Source of the DNA: Botryllus schlosseri
Taxonomy: Eukaryota
DNA: 64,000 nt
Reading direction: 5' to 3'
Assembly: GCA_051294905.1 (NCBI GenBank)
Contig: CM119378.1
Location: forward strand, 2,792,001-2,856,000
The stretch's first letter is position 1. Every line of letters starts with the position of its first letter. The notes under the pieces were generated by a model. It was not told the origin of the DNA. It saw only the letters and a list, made by a program, of their open reading frames with translations, and ran no database searches. Shown here in pieces: positions 1 to 13,700 of the stretch. A program made the position numbers and the translations under genes.

Positions 1-905
1 CCCTTGTGATCCATGGTTTGTTGAAAAGATTGTTTGTTTGGCTGTGCTATTATTGGGGCGATTTTTTGGACCTAAAAAGGTAAGATTTTGACTAAAAAAT
101 TCAAATTCACACATATATTGATGATGAAAAACTTAATTTTGACCCCATGTACTTAAATTAGGTGTTTCTCACATAGTGTTAGAATTGTATTACCGGAACT
201 TATCTTTATTTCTGGCTGGAGCTGTCTGTTCTTCCGAAGTAATTTGACCTGAAAAAATCTTTTAGCATGAAAATTGACAAATTTTTACATGAAAAAGAAC
301 TTATTTTATCGAAATCTGGACCCATGAATAATTCTAGTATTAGTTACATCTCGTATTATGGTAGAAATAATTAAATATTTGTTTTAGTACAACGAAAGAT
401 ACTTTCCGACATTTTCGGGTAGAAAGTGTCTGTCCTAACTAAGTAGCTTGGCAAGAATGAAGAAAGAACGTTCACCAGCTGCAGTTGTTGGCCGGCAACA
501 CTGAAGTTGTGCGTACACTGCACTCTCTCTCTCTCTCATTATGACAACGTTGTCTACATCGCAATTATTCATCATACGGTTTCTAATAGAAGAACCAATG
601 CCCACGCAGTCTTGCTTCAGTCAGGATAGTGCAATAGGCTACGTTGAGTATTTGTTTCATTTGACAGTTTATGATTCACAATGAGCAGACGATGGTCCGT
701 CTACAACGGTAGGACTATAAAGTAGGCTACAAGATGTAAATTGTAAAATGATAAGTTCACCGACAGTGCAATCATCTATGATACAAACGAAATGCAAGTT
801 GCCAAAAAAATTTTGATTTTGTAAAGAATTTTGGCAATTTTTGACCTGACGGTACAATTTTGACAAAATTCTGACCTATTTTGACATTTCAAAAAAAATC
901 GCTTT
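1..905. repeat. Dispersed repeat, second copy in DDC-2 intron 4 (~56790-58560)
   Basis: Colinear blocks shared with ~57620-58300, e.g. GTTAGAATTGTA..CTTATCTT..GGA.CTGTCTGT..GAAAAAA and TACAATTTTGACAAAATT.TGAC. A short piece recurs at ~29580-29800. No coding capacity seen. Confidence 0.7.
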
Positions 906-1699
906 AGTTAACACCTTACCACTTGGAATAAACAGTAGGCCTACAGTGTAAAATGTCTTGCAGTTGAAAAACAATCAAAACCGTTGCATGACTGTCATAC
1001 CGGCATTCAATTGCTGACATTGCAGTGCATGTCCACAATGGACCACAATATCCCCTACATAGTGATATTTCAGTGTGGATAGAGAGAACATCCCTTTATC
1101 CATATGGCAAAAAAGTTACTTTTATAGCAGCTTCCCATCAGTACCGTAGTACTGGACCTGGTCGCAGCCTGGTATATTATCAGATTCGAAGCTCAATAAT
1201 ATCAGACGAATCCTATACTGCAAAACATCTAAAGAACATTTATATGAATAAGGGATATCAGTAGCCTGCTAAAACATCTAAAACAAACGACGTTACTGCA
1301 ATGTCAAAACGAGTTAATTTTATGACTATTCTCACATTACATACATTCAATAACATTTACCGCATTTCCATACCTTACAGTACATGGATGTTATGATCCT
1401 TTACGCCATCAGGTAGCAGAAACTGCTTCAATATATCCATTTCGCCAAGTTTTTTCGTGTACCCTACTCTCTGCCTGAAGCCTGACGAACCACCAATTCA
1501 AATCCAAACTGAAATCGAGCGCGCTCTACCGTAACGAAGGTTGTGACCCCTCCGCGTCACAGGGAAATATGTATATTTCATTGAAATATTACCCTTAAAC
1601 TTAGTGTTGGGTCAAGTGAGTAATATTATTTTACATATACCGTGATTTAATGTGATCTCCAAACGTAGCGATGGTTTATGAATGCAAAATTGATGATAA

Positions 1700-2122
1700 A
1701 TAACCAGGTATAGATTTTCTTGAAAATAAGCCGCACTGGCGAAGTGTTACATGTAAACGGAGAAATACGCAGAAGCGTTGCGACGATAATGGCCCAATGC
1801 GTTTATATGCCCGAAAAGTGTGTCTGTACGCAGAAAAAAGTGTTATGAAGTGTTCAATACGACCTTGCGGATTTACAGTGATAGCCGACGTATATCGATA
1901 TGGGATGGTTCGAGTAGGTTCAACAGCAATAATACCGATATTTGGTCAAAGGAGCTATATTTACCCTATATTTCAATTGGCAATGTCAATCCATTGTGAC
2001 GTCACAATTGAATATTGGTGACGTCATAGTCGAGAAAAAAAACAATAAAACACATGTTTAAAACAAGGCCTTGTTTTAAAAATGTTTGTTTTAAATTGCT
2101 TTGTGTTTTAAATGCAACCCTA
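1700..2122. mobile_element. Partial hAT-type MITE (TAGGGTTGCATTTAAAAC family)
   Basis: Ends in TTTTAAATGCAACCCTA, the same terminus as the copies at 28378-28916 and 39736-40477. Left boundary approximate. Confidence 0.6.
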
Positions 2123-2392
2123 TTCGTAATGCATCTTCATCTGCCACACTCAAATACAACCATATGTAGTCACGCTCCCACCAGCCAGCCGGCCTCCCGC
2201 TCAAAAATGAGTCTGAGCTCGCCATAGCCAATATCTTCAGCCATGCATGTAAAAAGGTCAGAGACCCAATAGTATGATTACCAGGGCGTTACAATTGCTA
2301 ATCGAATGAGCGCATGGATATTGAGATACTATGCACGAGGCTTGCTTGGTCAGTATAGATGACGATACAAATTTAATTTGAAATCGAAACAG

Positions 2393-2528
2393 CAGGCGAA
2401 GGCTGCAGAAGTTGCTGGAGAGCTCAGCAGGCGTAGGAGGAAACTCAGAAGATTATGCTACGGTGACTACTACCACCACTACAGACAACGTCAAAGAAAC
2501 TCGACTCAATGACCTCTATCGCATCTAA
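2393..2528 (+). CDS. Terminal exon of a type-I receptor paralogue (gene C; upstream exons not found, probably left of the window): cytoplasmic tail with tyrosine motifs
   Basis: AAACAG| acceptor, phase 2 (same phase as the tail exons of genes A and B). Reads xRRRLQKLLESSAGVGGNSEDYATVTTTTTDNVKETRLNDLYRI*: basic stop-transfer start, EDYATV and terminal NDLY motifs. Confidence 0.65.
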
Positions 2529-5500
2529 TACGGTAAATACCACCGTGTTCGGTGGAAACCATGCCGATTGTTCCAATCGACATCAACGTGAATCTTAAAC
2601 GCATCATCTGGGGCCTATTGTAACATTTGTAACGCATTTTAGCGCAGCCAAGAAGTAAATTCAAAAGGACCCTTTTCAACAATGGCGCGATCACTCCGCT
2701 TTACCGACACGACGAGAATATGACGTCGCAATATCGAAAAGCGGAGGAGCTCCTACCAAGGTCAAAACTTTACTCGTGACCGGAGATGAAATGACTCATC
2801 CAACAGACTTGGACAAATAGATAATTGTTGTTGTCTAATTAAACTGAGTAAAGTGAAACGCCGGTAATATAATTCTAATCTAATTCGTGAAATATTTCTA
2901 TGCTCTAAGGCTAACACTGTTGCCCTACCTCGCCCACACATTGCTTCATTGATCATTTGCTACCATCGTTAAATTTTTCTTTTATGTTCATTTTTTTAAC
3001 CAACACTTTTACTGCCAGACTGTTTAGAGTCAAGTGTACCAGTGTACCTGTTAGATGCGGGTGGGATCAGACTAGATGACCGTCAAGGTCATATCGATCA
3101 TTCCTATCTAATACCGAATACTTGTGCATGCATATTTTCTGTACCACCATCATTGCCGTCTGTTGTTATGTATTTTGGTTGGATGAAAATGAAGACTCCC
3201 TCACTCTCTCTCTCTCTAATTGCAATTTCATTGTAATTTCTAGTTTTCGTGAAAATGCTACAGGAGAACTGTTACTTGCGAAACGAGCCAAGCTTGCTGT
3301 ACAGACATTTGTCATTCTCGTGCTTGTGAGAATGAACTCTGCTTGACCTGAACAGAACTTGAATTTTATTGTATTTCTTTCTAATTCTAAAATCTCGTGC
3401 AAGTTTCAAGTTTTTTGAATTCAGCAATTATAATATAATTTGGAAAAAAACGAGCAGCAATAATTCGAATTCCAATCTAATTTGAAAAAGCTGATAAACT
3501 TTCAGTTGTCCACCTCGGCTCTAATCTAGATCAGAAATTAACCTGTGGCCGGAGATTAAATGTCCCCAATATACTTCATTTCTTTCAATATCGCAAACTT
3601 TAGAGACGAGATAACACTTATTTGAAAAATGAGCTATCGATGATTAACAAAGAACACCGTCAGTGCATGAGCCCATATCGTAGCCCTTTCCTCAATTACA
3701 ATTTTAAATATGAATTGGGCAATATAATCCCATGCCATAATGGGCAATATAATCGTAAATATGTATAGGCCTTCAACTGCGGCGCGAAATGCGATACATT
3801 ATCCATTGTATGATGTTTTCTCAGCACGAAGCTGATGGTTTATGGATTCTTTAGGAATCACATATGCGATTCCCAACCACTGGTCTGTGAACCGGATTTT
3901 GTCATGATTATCACACAAACACGCGAGCCGGTACGCACAGAGAAAAACATGGTGGACTTCGGGAATGGATAGCCGAACTCATGGAGTATTCTCACACCTG
4001 TCTTGTACCATGCAGTCTCCGCTTCTCTATAGGGGCATAAAAGACATGTTGAATGATGATTTCTGCAGTCACGCCTGCATGTGGCGGGAGATGTATAGCC
4101 GAACAAAGGGGGCTAATCTTTACTCCCTAATCCAAAGTTGTTGAGATTTTTAAGCCAGTTGTTCCCAAACTTTTTCGGCTTGTGGAACCTAGAAAAATTA
4201 TAAAACTGTCGTAGCACACTTGATCCGAAAAATATGCCTTAAAAAAGATTGATGTTTTTTCATCACAAGAGCAGAACATATACAATAGAAAGAAGGTAGA
4301 ATCGTTCACAAACGTACCGCATTTTGTCACTAATTCCAAGCAGTGCCCCTCGTTTACAGCATTTATTATCACCAAAAGAAGATCAATGTACACCCAGCCA
4401 CAAAGACGCAAATTTTACTACAATATTGATTGTTTTGGTACCGATTATGGAATAAGATTTGTTAGCAGACAGCTAAAAATCATCTAATTTCTTTTGAAGA
4501 AATAGCTTTAAATTTTAAATTGGCATTTTGGTTGATTTATTACGATGCCGTACCTGTTTTATTGACACTCGTGCTATCAGCTGTTGAAGAAGTTAGGCCT
4601 TTTTCAAAATATTTATACAGTTATTTTCCAAAATTCCAAAATTGTTCGAGGCACATCTCTGAGAATCTGTGGCGGCGCACAAATTGTGAATTAGTGTAAG
4701 CTGAACAGAATGTATGAACGTTTGCTGAAACGAGGAAGTATTTCATCACGGCACGCGTAAAATTTGTCATCAGGACAATGCATGATTAGAATCACGCATA
4801 TGCGCTGTGCATGAACTATTTTCGACGAGTTCCTCGTACACAGAGAAATATGACATCGTTCTTCTTCCCGAGTGATTGTCCGCAGCAGTCAAGTCACGAA
4901 GGTAAATTCCAATTTCAAAACGAAAACCCACGTAAACACTTATGTAGTTCAATGTAAAAGTATTATCAAGTCTACACAATTGCATATACAGCCTATACTA
5001 TCTAGAATCAAAAGAAATACAATGAAGATACTTCCACGGGCAATGTGAATCGGTAATATGACATATACTTTTCTAAGTTGAACGCAAAACTAAGCCATAT
5101 ATGGCGATGGCGTGATGCCAAAACACGTTTCTACAATGAAGCGTGGCCAACGCACTGTATGTAAAAACTTATACATTATTGTACGATTAGCTCATATAAC
5201 CTCGTATAGAAAACGATACTATCGTAATTTACATGATGATCTCCTCAATATCTGTCATTAAAGCTATATATCCATAAAAACGAGATAATTTCGTTTGAAT
5301 ATGCATAACATTGAAGAAAAAGTGTACGATTCTGTGTACACTGCTTATAAACGGTTAGTTCACAAACGCTGGTTGCCGGAGTCAGCTCTACAAAGTATAT
5401 ATAGACCAGCGTTTCTTAACTAGGTTGCTGACCCAGTCTAAAGAGGTTCGCAGGAGGTCCAAACACACACTCGACTCATACAGCTGAAGTCACAGTGATT

Positions 5501-5704
5501 TGCAATAAATGTACATTCTATGCTCTTTGCTTTATGTGTAAATCATGTATTATTGGTTTTGTTCTGTTACCACTGTTGTTGATATTCATTTTGGGCACCA
5601 GTATTTTGTAGTAATGCATTAGAAATGTGATGTAGTAGGTTGTGTTTTTTATGACTATAGGAAAAAAATAGGGCTCCACCGACTGCTTCCAGATTCGCGT
5701 AAGG

Positions 5705-7228
5705 CAGTGGTTCCCAACCTTTTTCATCTCGTGCCTCCCTTGGTCGAAATTTAAGCCAAAATTCCCCGTTTATGATAAATCTGCCCGATGATTAAAAAAC
5801 GTCATTTTTACCTCGCAAACACCTGTTGACTGAAAGAACAAGACGGGCGGTACCAAGTGTTTGTTTCTAGCAGTGCTGTTATAACATTTTGTAGACCTCC
5901 AAAAACAATGACCTTGGTCCCAATCAAAAAAATTCTGGAAGGCTTGACTCAACAGACCTCCACACTTCCATTTGTGTTTTCGGCTTACCATGCACCAATC
6001 GCTAATATAACTGTTGTGAAAAATCACCATGTATAAATTTACTGGTCTCGCGATTTTTTTCTCAAGTTTGCGTATGCATTTGACCAATAATATTGGTACT
6101 TTCATATATAGGAGGGTTGACCAGACTAGAGTCTGACTCGAGTCACCATTTTCTGATGACTCGACTTGACTCGAGTCATTTTCTCAAAATACGGAAGCGA
6201 CTCGACTCGAGACAATCTGGGTATTGACTCGACTTGGACTCGAGTCATTGTTCATGACTCGAACCAAGCCATATGATTTGAGACTATAAGACGGCCAAGA
6301 CCGACATTTCATTGTAATCTCGAAGAACAGTAAAGTGACCACCCTATTGGAATTTCATCTATTGATCCTGGTATTTGACAATGCGACAAGAAACTGCTCA
6401 AAGTGAGGAAAACTAGTATATCATGATTCCAAATCATTCAATATCACCAGACAGTGTTGACTGGAGTGTGACTTGGACTCGGACTCGAGACATATTACCA
6501 TGACTCGGACTCGACCCTCTGCTCGGTGACTTGGTCTCGGACTTGACTCAATGGTGAATTGAAAATGACTCGACTTGGCTCGAGTAAAAACTATGAGAGT
6601 GAGATTGACTTGTGACTCGGAGCCTCGTGATTTAGTTACAGCCTTGATATATAACATACACGTGATCAGATTCCCTGCTGGAGCTCATTGAAATTTAGGA
6701 CACCCATTACGTTTCGGCAACATTGCACCAAGTTTACCATGTCTTTTTTCGATCGGGTAGCTGTTCACTAAAAATGAAGCAAGGCTAGTGATCTCTTTGA
6801 CTTGAATCGATGACGTTGGAATATTTTGTCACTGTCTGAAAATGTTGACTTGGAAATATAAGATAAATACTTTCACTAGAGGCCTTGTTGTAATAGATAC
6901 GGCACGACATTTGCTCGCTTAGGATATATTTGATTGAGAGGCCGTCGTTGGCCTACAAAATTGTCCTGCGAACTGCAGCACATCTGAACTAATTTTAAAA
7001 AATGGGAGGAGGGAATTTGTATGTGAAAAAAAGATTTCAAGTAGCATTTGAACATACTTTCAGCAAACAAAAAAAAACATAAGGAGCATACGTTCGATTA
7101 TAACTGGTTGACTACATGACAGTTCGGACATGAACAATTTAGGAAATCCAATTCTAAAGTGGAATTCCTCCCTAAAAATTGCAAAATTCCCCCCAAGGGG
7201 AGAATTCCTCCCCGGTTGGGAACCACTG
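5705..7228. mobile_element. hAT non-autonomous element
   Basis: TIR CAGTGGTTCCCAACC...GGTTGGGAACCACTG; perfect 8-bp TSD GCGTAAGG (5697-5704, 7229-7236). Confidence 0.9.
6112..6646. mobile_element. hAT MITE with GACTCGAGTC/GACTTG subterminal repeats, nested in 5705-7228
   Basis: Arrays of GACTCG/GACTTG at both ends; flanks ATATATAG / ATATATAA. A related left end occurs at ~61830-61980. Confidence 0.75.
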
Positions 7229-7758
7229 GCGTAAGGGTTCGCCAGGTTAGCAAAGGTTTAGGACCATTGATATCGAATGATTGTGATCTAAAGTTGAACT
7301 GGAATTCGTATGTTCATAGAATTCACCAGAATAGCAGGTTAGATGATCTATTTCCAGTTTTTATTACCGCATCCTCCGTGGAATTCTGGCTGACTTTTAA
7401 CGATATCTGTTGTTGATTGGAACGGGCGGATAGCAACACAGCGAACTCTTAACCGTTCTGACGTTAAAGCGGTAAACCTATTTCTCGCTATATTCCATAG
7501 GTCAATTTTTGTGTCTTTTATTACGATGAAAAACGTGCCGATGCGACAGGTCGAACTCGCGACTATTACCGCTTGAAGACTTCTTTCAAGGAAACAGTGC
7601 AGACTGACTATATTAAGCACGAATTACGAACTGACGGATAGTTTGATCTTATTCCCATCGGAGAAGCAAGGCCACATTTAGATGCTGTGCTGTGGACTAC
7701 ATTTACCGATAACAATCAGTAGTAGAAAAGTTGCTGGACAAAGTCCCATCCGGTAGCC

Positions 7759-10700
7759 ATGGACGTATACGCAAAAGTGCTTTTCTACGGTGGGTTCCGT
7801 CTGCTTAGTATATGTCCAGTTGTCCACGACTGATAAATTAAATAAAGTATTAATTCACATTGGTACTGCAATTAGGCTACATATTAAACAGCAACGCAAT
7901 TACAATTCTACAGTTTACGGTGAACCTGACGCCATTCGATTATACAGTCCGTCGGGAGAATTGATTTTGATTAGTGATATTGTCTGCCATAACTTGAGTC
8001 ACTGGTACCGTGCTGTTAGTCACTCATTATAAAAAGCATACTGTTAACTCCACATAGGCAATAATGCAGTAAAATCAATGAACGCTGCTATCATAATGTT
8101 GCTTAATCGATGTGTGTGTCACGTCTGCATTGTAGAATCTAGCATTTTAACGGCGGCCGAAGGAATCAATGTAATTATATCTCTACTGCCAATTCCTTTG
8201 CAATGGGCGTTTGCTCAGATAATGCCTACATTTCCATGATTTTGTTACAGGCGTTTTGGCAGTTGCAATCGCAAATGTAATCGGTTCCGACGCTCCACCC
8301 GGTGAGAACACTTTGTAATCATTCCAGAGATATGCATTTTATAAACTTGTTATTTGTTCTATATTTCGCGCATTCCCATTGGTAACTATTGGTAAGTACT
8401 CCGAGCGTACAGTTGTGGTCGCATGATATAACCGACATGCTATTTTTTGTATGCGATATGTCGAGAGAGACATTCGGCCAGTAGCATTGCATTCGTAGTC
8501 GTAATCGCAATCGTACTAAGATTATGTCGTTCCATGTCTTCAGGATGTCACAGAGGATAATTCTGCGGCAACTGCGATATCGGTCACGACCACGAAAAGT
8601 ATATGCTAACCAACCATACCTCTGCGAAAGTGCTTCAATAATTGCAATAAAATCCGAACAATCGAAAATTTGATGGCACATCGCACTGCTACGGCGCAGA
8701 GTTGAACCACTAGATAATTTCACGCTTTTTACAAATTAGATTAGAGTTGTCGTTAAAACTGCATCATTATTCCGAATTAGGATTAGAATTAGAACCACTA
8801 TGAACTTGCTTTGAAATTGAATAAAATTCTGAATTATGAAGAAATTCATCAATAATCAAGGTCAGTTCATACCAGGGCTGTGGATTCTGTAAATTTTACC
8901 ACCGGCTCAGGCTCCGACTCCGACTCCACACATTTTCAATATACCGACTCCGACTCCTCGGTCTTTAAACGTACCGACTCCCGATTCCGACTCCAGCATT
9001 ATTACTAATTTACTTCGAAAATTATATGCCACATTGTCGGTTGAATGACTGTCATACAACCATTAAACATATGCAAACATATGATTAGCGGTGGCATGCT
9101 AAATTGTTTCATTGTGGAACAGCTCGAATTATCCACTATGCAATTAACATGAAAGAAAGATTTGCTAAATATCCTTCCTTCTTCAAGTTTTTATAACATG
9201 GACTCTCTAATATCCTGAAATGTATGAATCATTCAAATATGGCAGATATCCAATCCTGTATAATAAAATTGTAGATAAAAATCCAAGTGTAGCTCTTGTG
9301 TATTATTCAACAACTAATTAAGAGATTGAACTTACTAATTCTGTCATTGCACACTATCCTGATTACAAGCACACGCACTCTTACTACTAATAGACATTGG
9401 TCATAAATGGAATTTAGTTAAGTATAGTCAAATACCATAGCCTATGTCTAGTCTAGGCTACATGTACTTAATCAAGTATTCAAGGATTGGGACTTGCAGT
9501 CTTTCTTAATCATTTGTTCGACCCAAACAGCTACACTACAAATATTTTTAATTTTGTCAAGTGGGAAGCATCGTTTGGTCATATTTACATCATTTTTACA
9601 ATTTTACAAAACCAGCCGATGCACTGGCTCTGTCACAGTATCATGGTATAATTCCAAAATTGCATCAATTTTGACTGCATCGCGAAAACGCATATTGCAA
9701 TTTTCTTCCCCTCCGCAACTGAGTTGTAATTAGCAAGTAATGTCTAATTTTATCTATATCAGGGGAGGGCAACTTTTTCGGCCAAAGGGACACATGAGAT
9801 TTACGAACCATTGCGCGGGCAACTGGAATGTTGGAAACCTTTTTTTAATCGTCCGATAGGAGCGAACCGAATTAGGTAACATTGCAAACAAGACTTATAT
9901 TAATGCGCTCTAAACTTGATGACACTACACTGAAAAAAATATTTACCTCGATTTACCGCGAAATGTCTGGAAGCAGGGTGGCCAGCCACTTGGCAGTAAT
10001 ATAACATTACCGTCACTCAATGTAAATTCAACTTACAACCGTCCGGTAATCTAACTTTACATGCCAGACTGTAATGTTACAGTCACCTCTGGTATATTCA
10101 ATCTACATTTTCTTCTGTGTACATTTACCACTGAGACTGTAATTTTACCGCCTTACCTACCTACCTACCTACCTACCTACAAGGCTACAACCCTACATGC
10201 TGTCCTTGTAAATCAGATTACATGCCAGCTTGTAAATTCACGTCTCAGCCTACATCCATACCTATCCCAAAGCAACGCGATGCCAAAATACCGCAAAAGT
10301 TTCTTCACGCTCTCAAGACGACATTAGGACAACTGTATATTCATTCATGATTCACGATGAAAAAGTATTGCTGCTGGAGGTTGTTTAGGAGGCATGCAAA
10401 TATAGCACGAGTGGTCCCAAGAAAAAGTGAATTAATTCCAACGCCGGATAAACTTCCAATTGTTTCTTTTCCTCGTCTTCATTCCTTCTGTGTGACTAGT
10501 ATCTTGCAGTTCCACTGAAAATAATTCATGCGTAAGTCGCTATACTAAGCCAAGTTGCTAACCTAGACATGACTTATAAAGACTAAGACAAATAGGCTAA
10601 CAAAAATATAACAAGTTTTGAAGTACCGGTACTGGTACATTGTGAGTTGACGACTCCTCATTGGGCATGATATAGCAGAGATTCATGACTTAAATGATCA

Positions 10701-13700
10701 ATGTATTGAAAGAAAAGGTACCTCATTTGATGCGGCATGTGAGCCAAACATCGAGCAGTGGATGAAAACATATCTATGCTATGACCCGATAAATGTCAAT
10801 AACAAGCTAACAGTTTCAACTACTCCGCGGCAGAGTATGTAGTGTCGCAGGTCATTATACAAGTCGACTAATATCCCAAAATAGAACTGAGAATGGGGCG
10901 ACTGAAATATTTAAATCATGAAACCAAAGTCATCCGGGTGGTGTACACAGTCGTAGATATTCACGGTAACTAATACTATACAGTAGGCTACTGTACCTTT
11001 TACGATGCGTATCCCATTCATCAGTCCTGAGAATCTTCAACGAAAGTCTCTACTTTCTTCCATCACAAGTCACAAGCTTCGCACCGTCAGCCTTTGCATG
11101 CCCAAAGCTCAATATTAATGGCCGACCAGTCGAGTCGGCTACTCGGCTCGACACGCAGACGACTTTGAAATAAGTGATATTCATCCGCTCACATATGTCA
11201 CCAATAATATTTACTGTCCACGTTATAATGTTCAATCCAGTTTGGTTTTTCATACAGAAACATCTATCAACACCTATAGTCCCTTTCTTTTGCATCTAAT
11301 TTCGTATATATTGATATTTATTGCTCCACGTGTGGTTCCCTACTTACTTACCTAACCGGACGCTATTTGTGATGTCACAGTTGATTGTTGGTTGTTTACT
11401 ACGAATCTCAGAAAAACCTGCAATGCGCAACCTAAGGTAACCTATTATAGGTCGCCGCGTCCGCCATTAAGAAATGGTCAACTGAGCCTGCTGCTGTGCT
11501 GATATTTCTAGTTTCAGGAATAAGATTATATATCCTAAACTGATTTTTGTAACTCATTAGCCCTATCTGTTACAACAAATCTAACCGCCGAGACCGACCG
11601 TGTAGCCATAGCCTTATAATATAATGTATATGGTGTAACTACGTTGTCAGCTGCTTCTTGCACCCAACTATGCACTATACCGAAATTGGTACTAGGGTCA
11701 ACCAGTTCCGTGTGACCTAATCCTGTCTCGCGAACGAGGTTGAATCAGGTCAAATCGCAACGAGAATGATATCACAGTGACATGCACTTCCACGTATCCA
11801 CTGGTTGCTGGGGCTTGGAAGCTAATCAATTTTGCCAATAGCTTGGTAAAATGCCGTAGCGAGTAACTGTCAGTAACCTTGCGAAGAAATTCTGGTAACT
11901 TGAATTAGCAGCTAAATTAATGTAATATTACATATCAAAATGTAAAATGACAAGCTACACGCTGCTATTGGCTGCGACCGGTAATTCGTTGTAAAATTTA
12001 CAGAAATTTCTTTGTAAATCTACCAGATTTTTTTGTGTGTATGTCATACAACTGTGCAGTGCGCAATCAGGCCCTGGTCGCGCGAAGCGCGAAATATTTT
12101 TGCAAGATAATGACTGAATTATATCAAATATGTTGCTGACATACATTGGGGGTCGCATCTGTATACCACTGGGCTCATTTGGCAAGGACAGGATTATTCG
12201 ACGTTTCGACATAGCAAAATCGACGGTATCAGTGAACATGCCTCTATCATTTTGAGCAAATGTTTTTGTCGACGATCTCGCTGCGAGTGCACAAGCGAAG
12301 CGGCGTGTTGGACGACACGTTATCTCCTAATCGCGAATATAGTTGGACTCAATTCTGTGAATAATAGGTATTTATAATTTTCAGAAGGGGGCTCAAATAC
12401 TGAATGCGAGAAATCTAGTGACAATGAATCATGCGAAGTACAGAGAAAAATTTCAAGTCAAATAAATCTGCTATGAAATATTATACTTTATGGTCATATA
12501 CGAAGATCTGGGAAAAATGTGGCTGGCCCCTGCACGTCAATGCGTCAGAACTGTTATTTTAGTCATCATCAAATTTCGCGGTCATGCTAATTAAATTTTG
12601 GTTGGCCTTGCAATTGTACCTGAAGTCATGAATACCTAACCTTCTCGTGTGCCAAATTTGGCCTGCGTGCCACGAACTGGCCGCACCTGATCTGTATGGT
12701 CATTAATAACAGCGATTGGTGTGGTGGTACATAAAAATTCTATTGAAAATTCTTTGAAAGCAAATGTTTTCATGATAGAGAAGTTGGAGTCGGAGTCGGA
12801 GTCGAAGTCAGGGTCATTCTCACAAACTCCGACTCCGACTCCAGTCAGTATTTTCCCACGGACTTCGACTCCGACTCCAGCTATTATAGTTTTCACGACT
12901 CCGACTCCGACTCCATCAAGCGAAAATTACCCAGACTCCGACTCCGACTCCGACTCCACAGCCCTGGTTCATACCACATCAGAGTTCATCATCATAAGCA
13001 CTAGAATGGCAAATGTTTGTACATCAAACTCGTTTTGCATTATACTGTTCTCCTTCAGAATTTTCAGAAAAACCTGAAATTCGATTAGAAGCGAAATTAC
13101 AGCGTATTGAAACATTACACAAATTATAATATAATTAGATTACTGTTGTATGTTTGATGTCAAATTGGTACCGACTTCAGTTTTGTTGTGATTACCTTCC
13201 TGTGTTAAAGATCTTTCGTCGTAATGTACCGGCGTGGACTGTAATAATTGCAGACTGTCTACCTGTTTCGCGTACTGAGAACCGTTCTTCATTTATGTTG
13301 CTGTTGTCTTAACTGTTGGTATTGCGAGTATCGTAGTCAAGGTATTAGTTCATTTAAGCCGAAGTAATAAACTGCTTACGAATATTGTTTCGTGCTCACA
13401 ACAATTAAATGAACTAAAGTTCTTGACGATACAATGCCTGAAGCACTGAAGCCGTTGAAACCGAAGGTATTGGAAATTGAACCCAATAGCCCGACGTCAG
13501 AGAAAGAGTGGAAGCATTGGCGAAGAACTTTCGAGAATTATCTTGCAGCCTTCGAGACAGAAAGTGCCAGAATAGAAAAACTCAAGATTCTTACAAACTT
13601 CTTATCGTATGTCCTTTTCGAGTATATCGATGAAGCTGAGACATATGAAACCGCAATTGCAACGTTAGACAACCTATTTGTCAAAGCACCTAACGAGGTG

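Larger units (their letters stand above)
5407..7269. mobile_element. Old hAT (Buster/Charlie-like) non-autonomous element, host of two nested insertions
   Basis: Degenerate TIRs CAGCGTTTCTTAAC...GTTTAGGACCATTG; flanks ATATAGAC / ATATCGAA (6/8). Confidence 0.5.
8873..12966. mobile_element. hAT non-autonomous element with (GACTCC)n subterminal repeats
   Basis: TIR CAGGGCTGTGGA(T/G)TC at both ends; perfect TSD GTTCATAC (8865-8872, 12967-12974). Confidence 0.92.

Noticed and set aside
1..84. Hydrophobic exon-like stretch ending in AG|GTAAG as the TM exon of gene C
   Set aside because: Similar sequence occurs at ~29580-29670 and it lies within the dispersed repeat 1-905.
3858..4106. 82-aa minus ORF with a vaguely CUB-like end (GSRVCVI..SGW)
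   Set aside because: The SGW comes from a hAT-type terminus (CCCAACCACTG), and there are no compatible neighbouring exons.
6120..6640. GACTCG/GACTCC/GTAATC arrays as CRISPR-like repeats
   Set aside because: Eukaryotic context, no regular repeat-spacer period; they are subterminal repeats inside TIR/TSD-bounded elements.
12721..13077. 118-aa ORF with TPTPTP/DSDSD repeats as a mucin-like protein
   Set aside because: It is the translation of the (GACTCC)n subterminal repeats of the hAT element.
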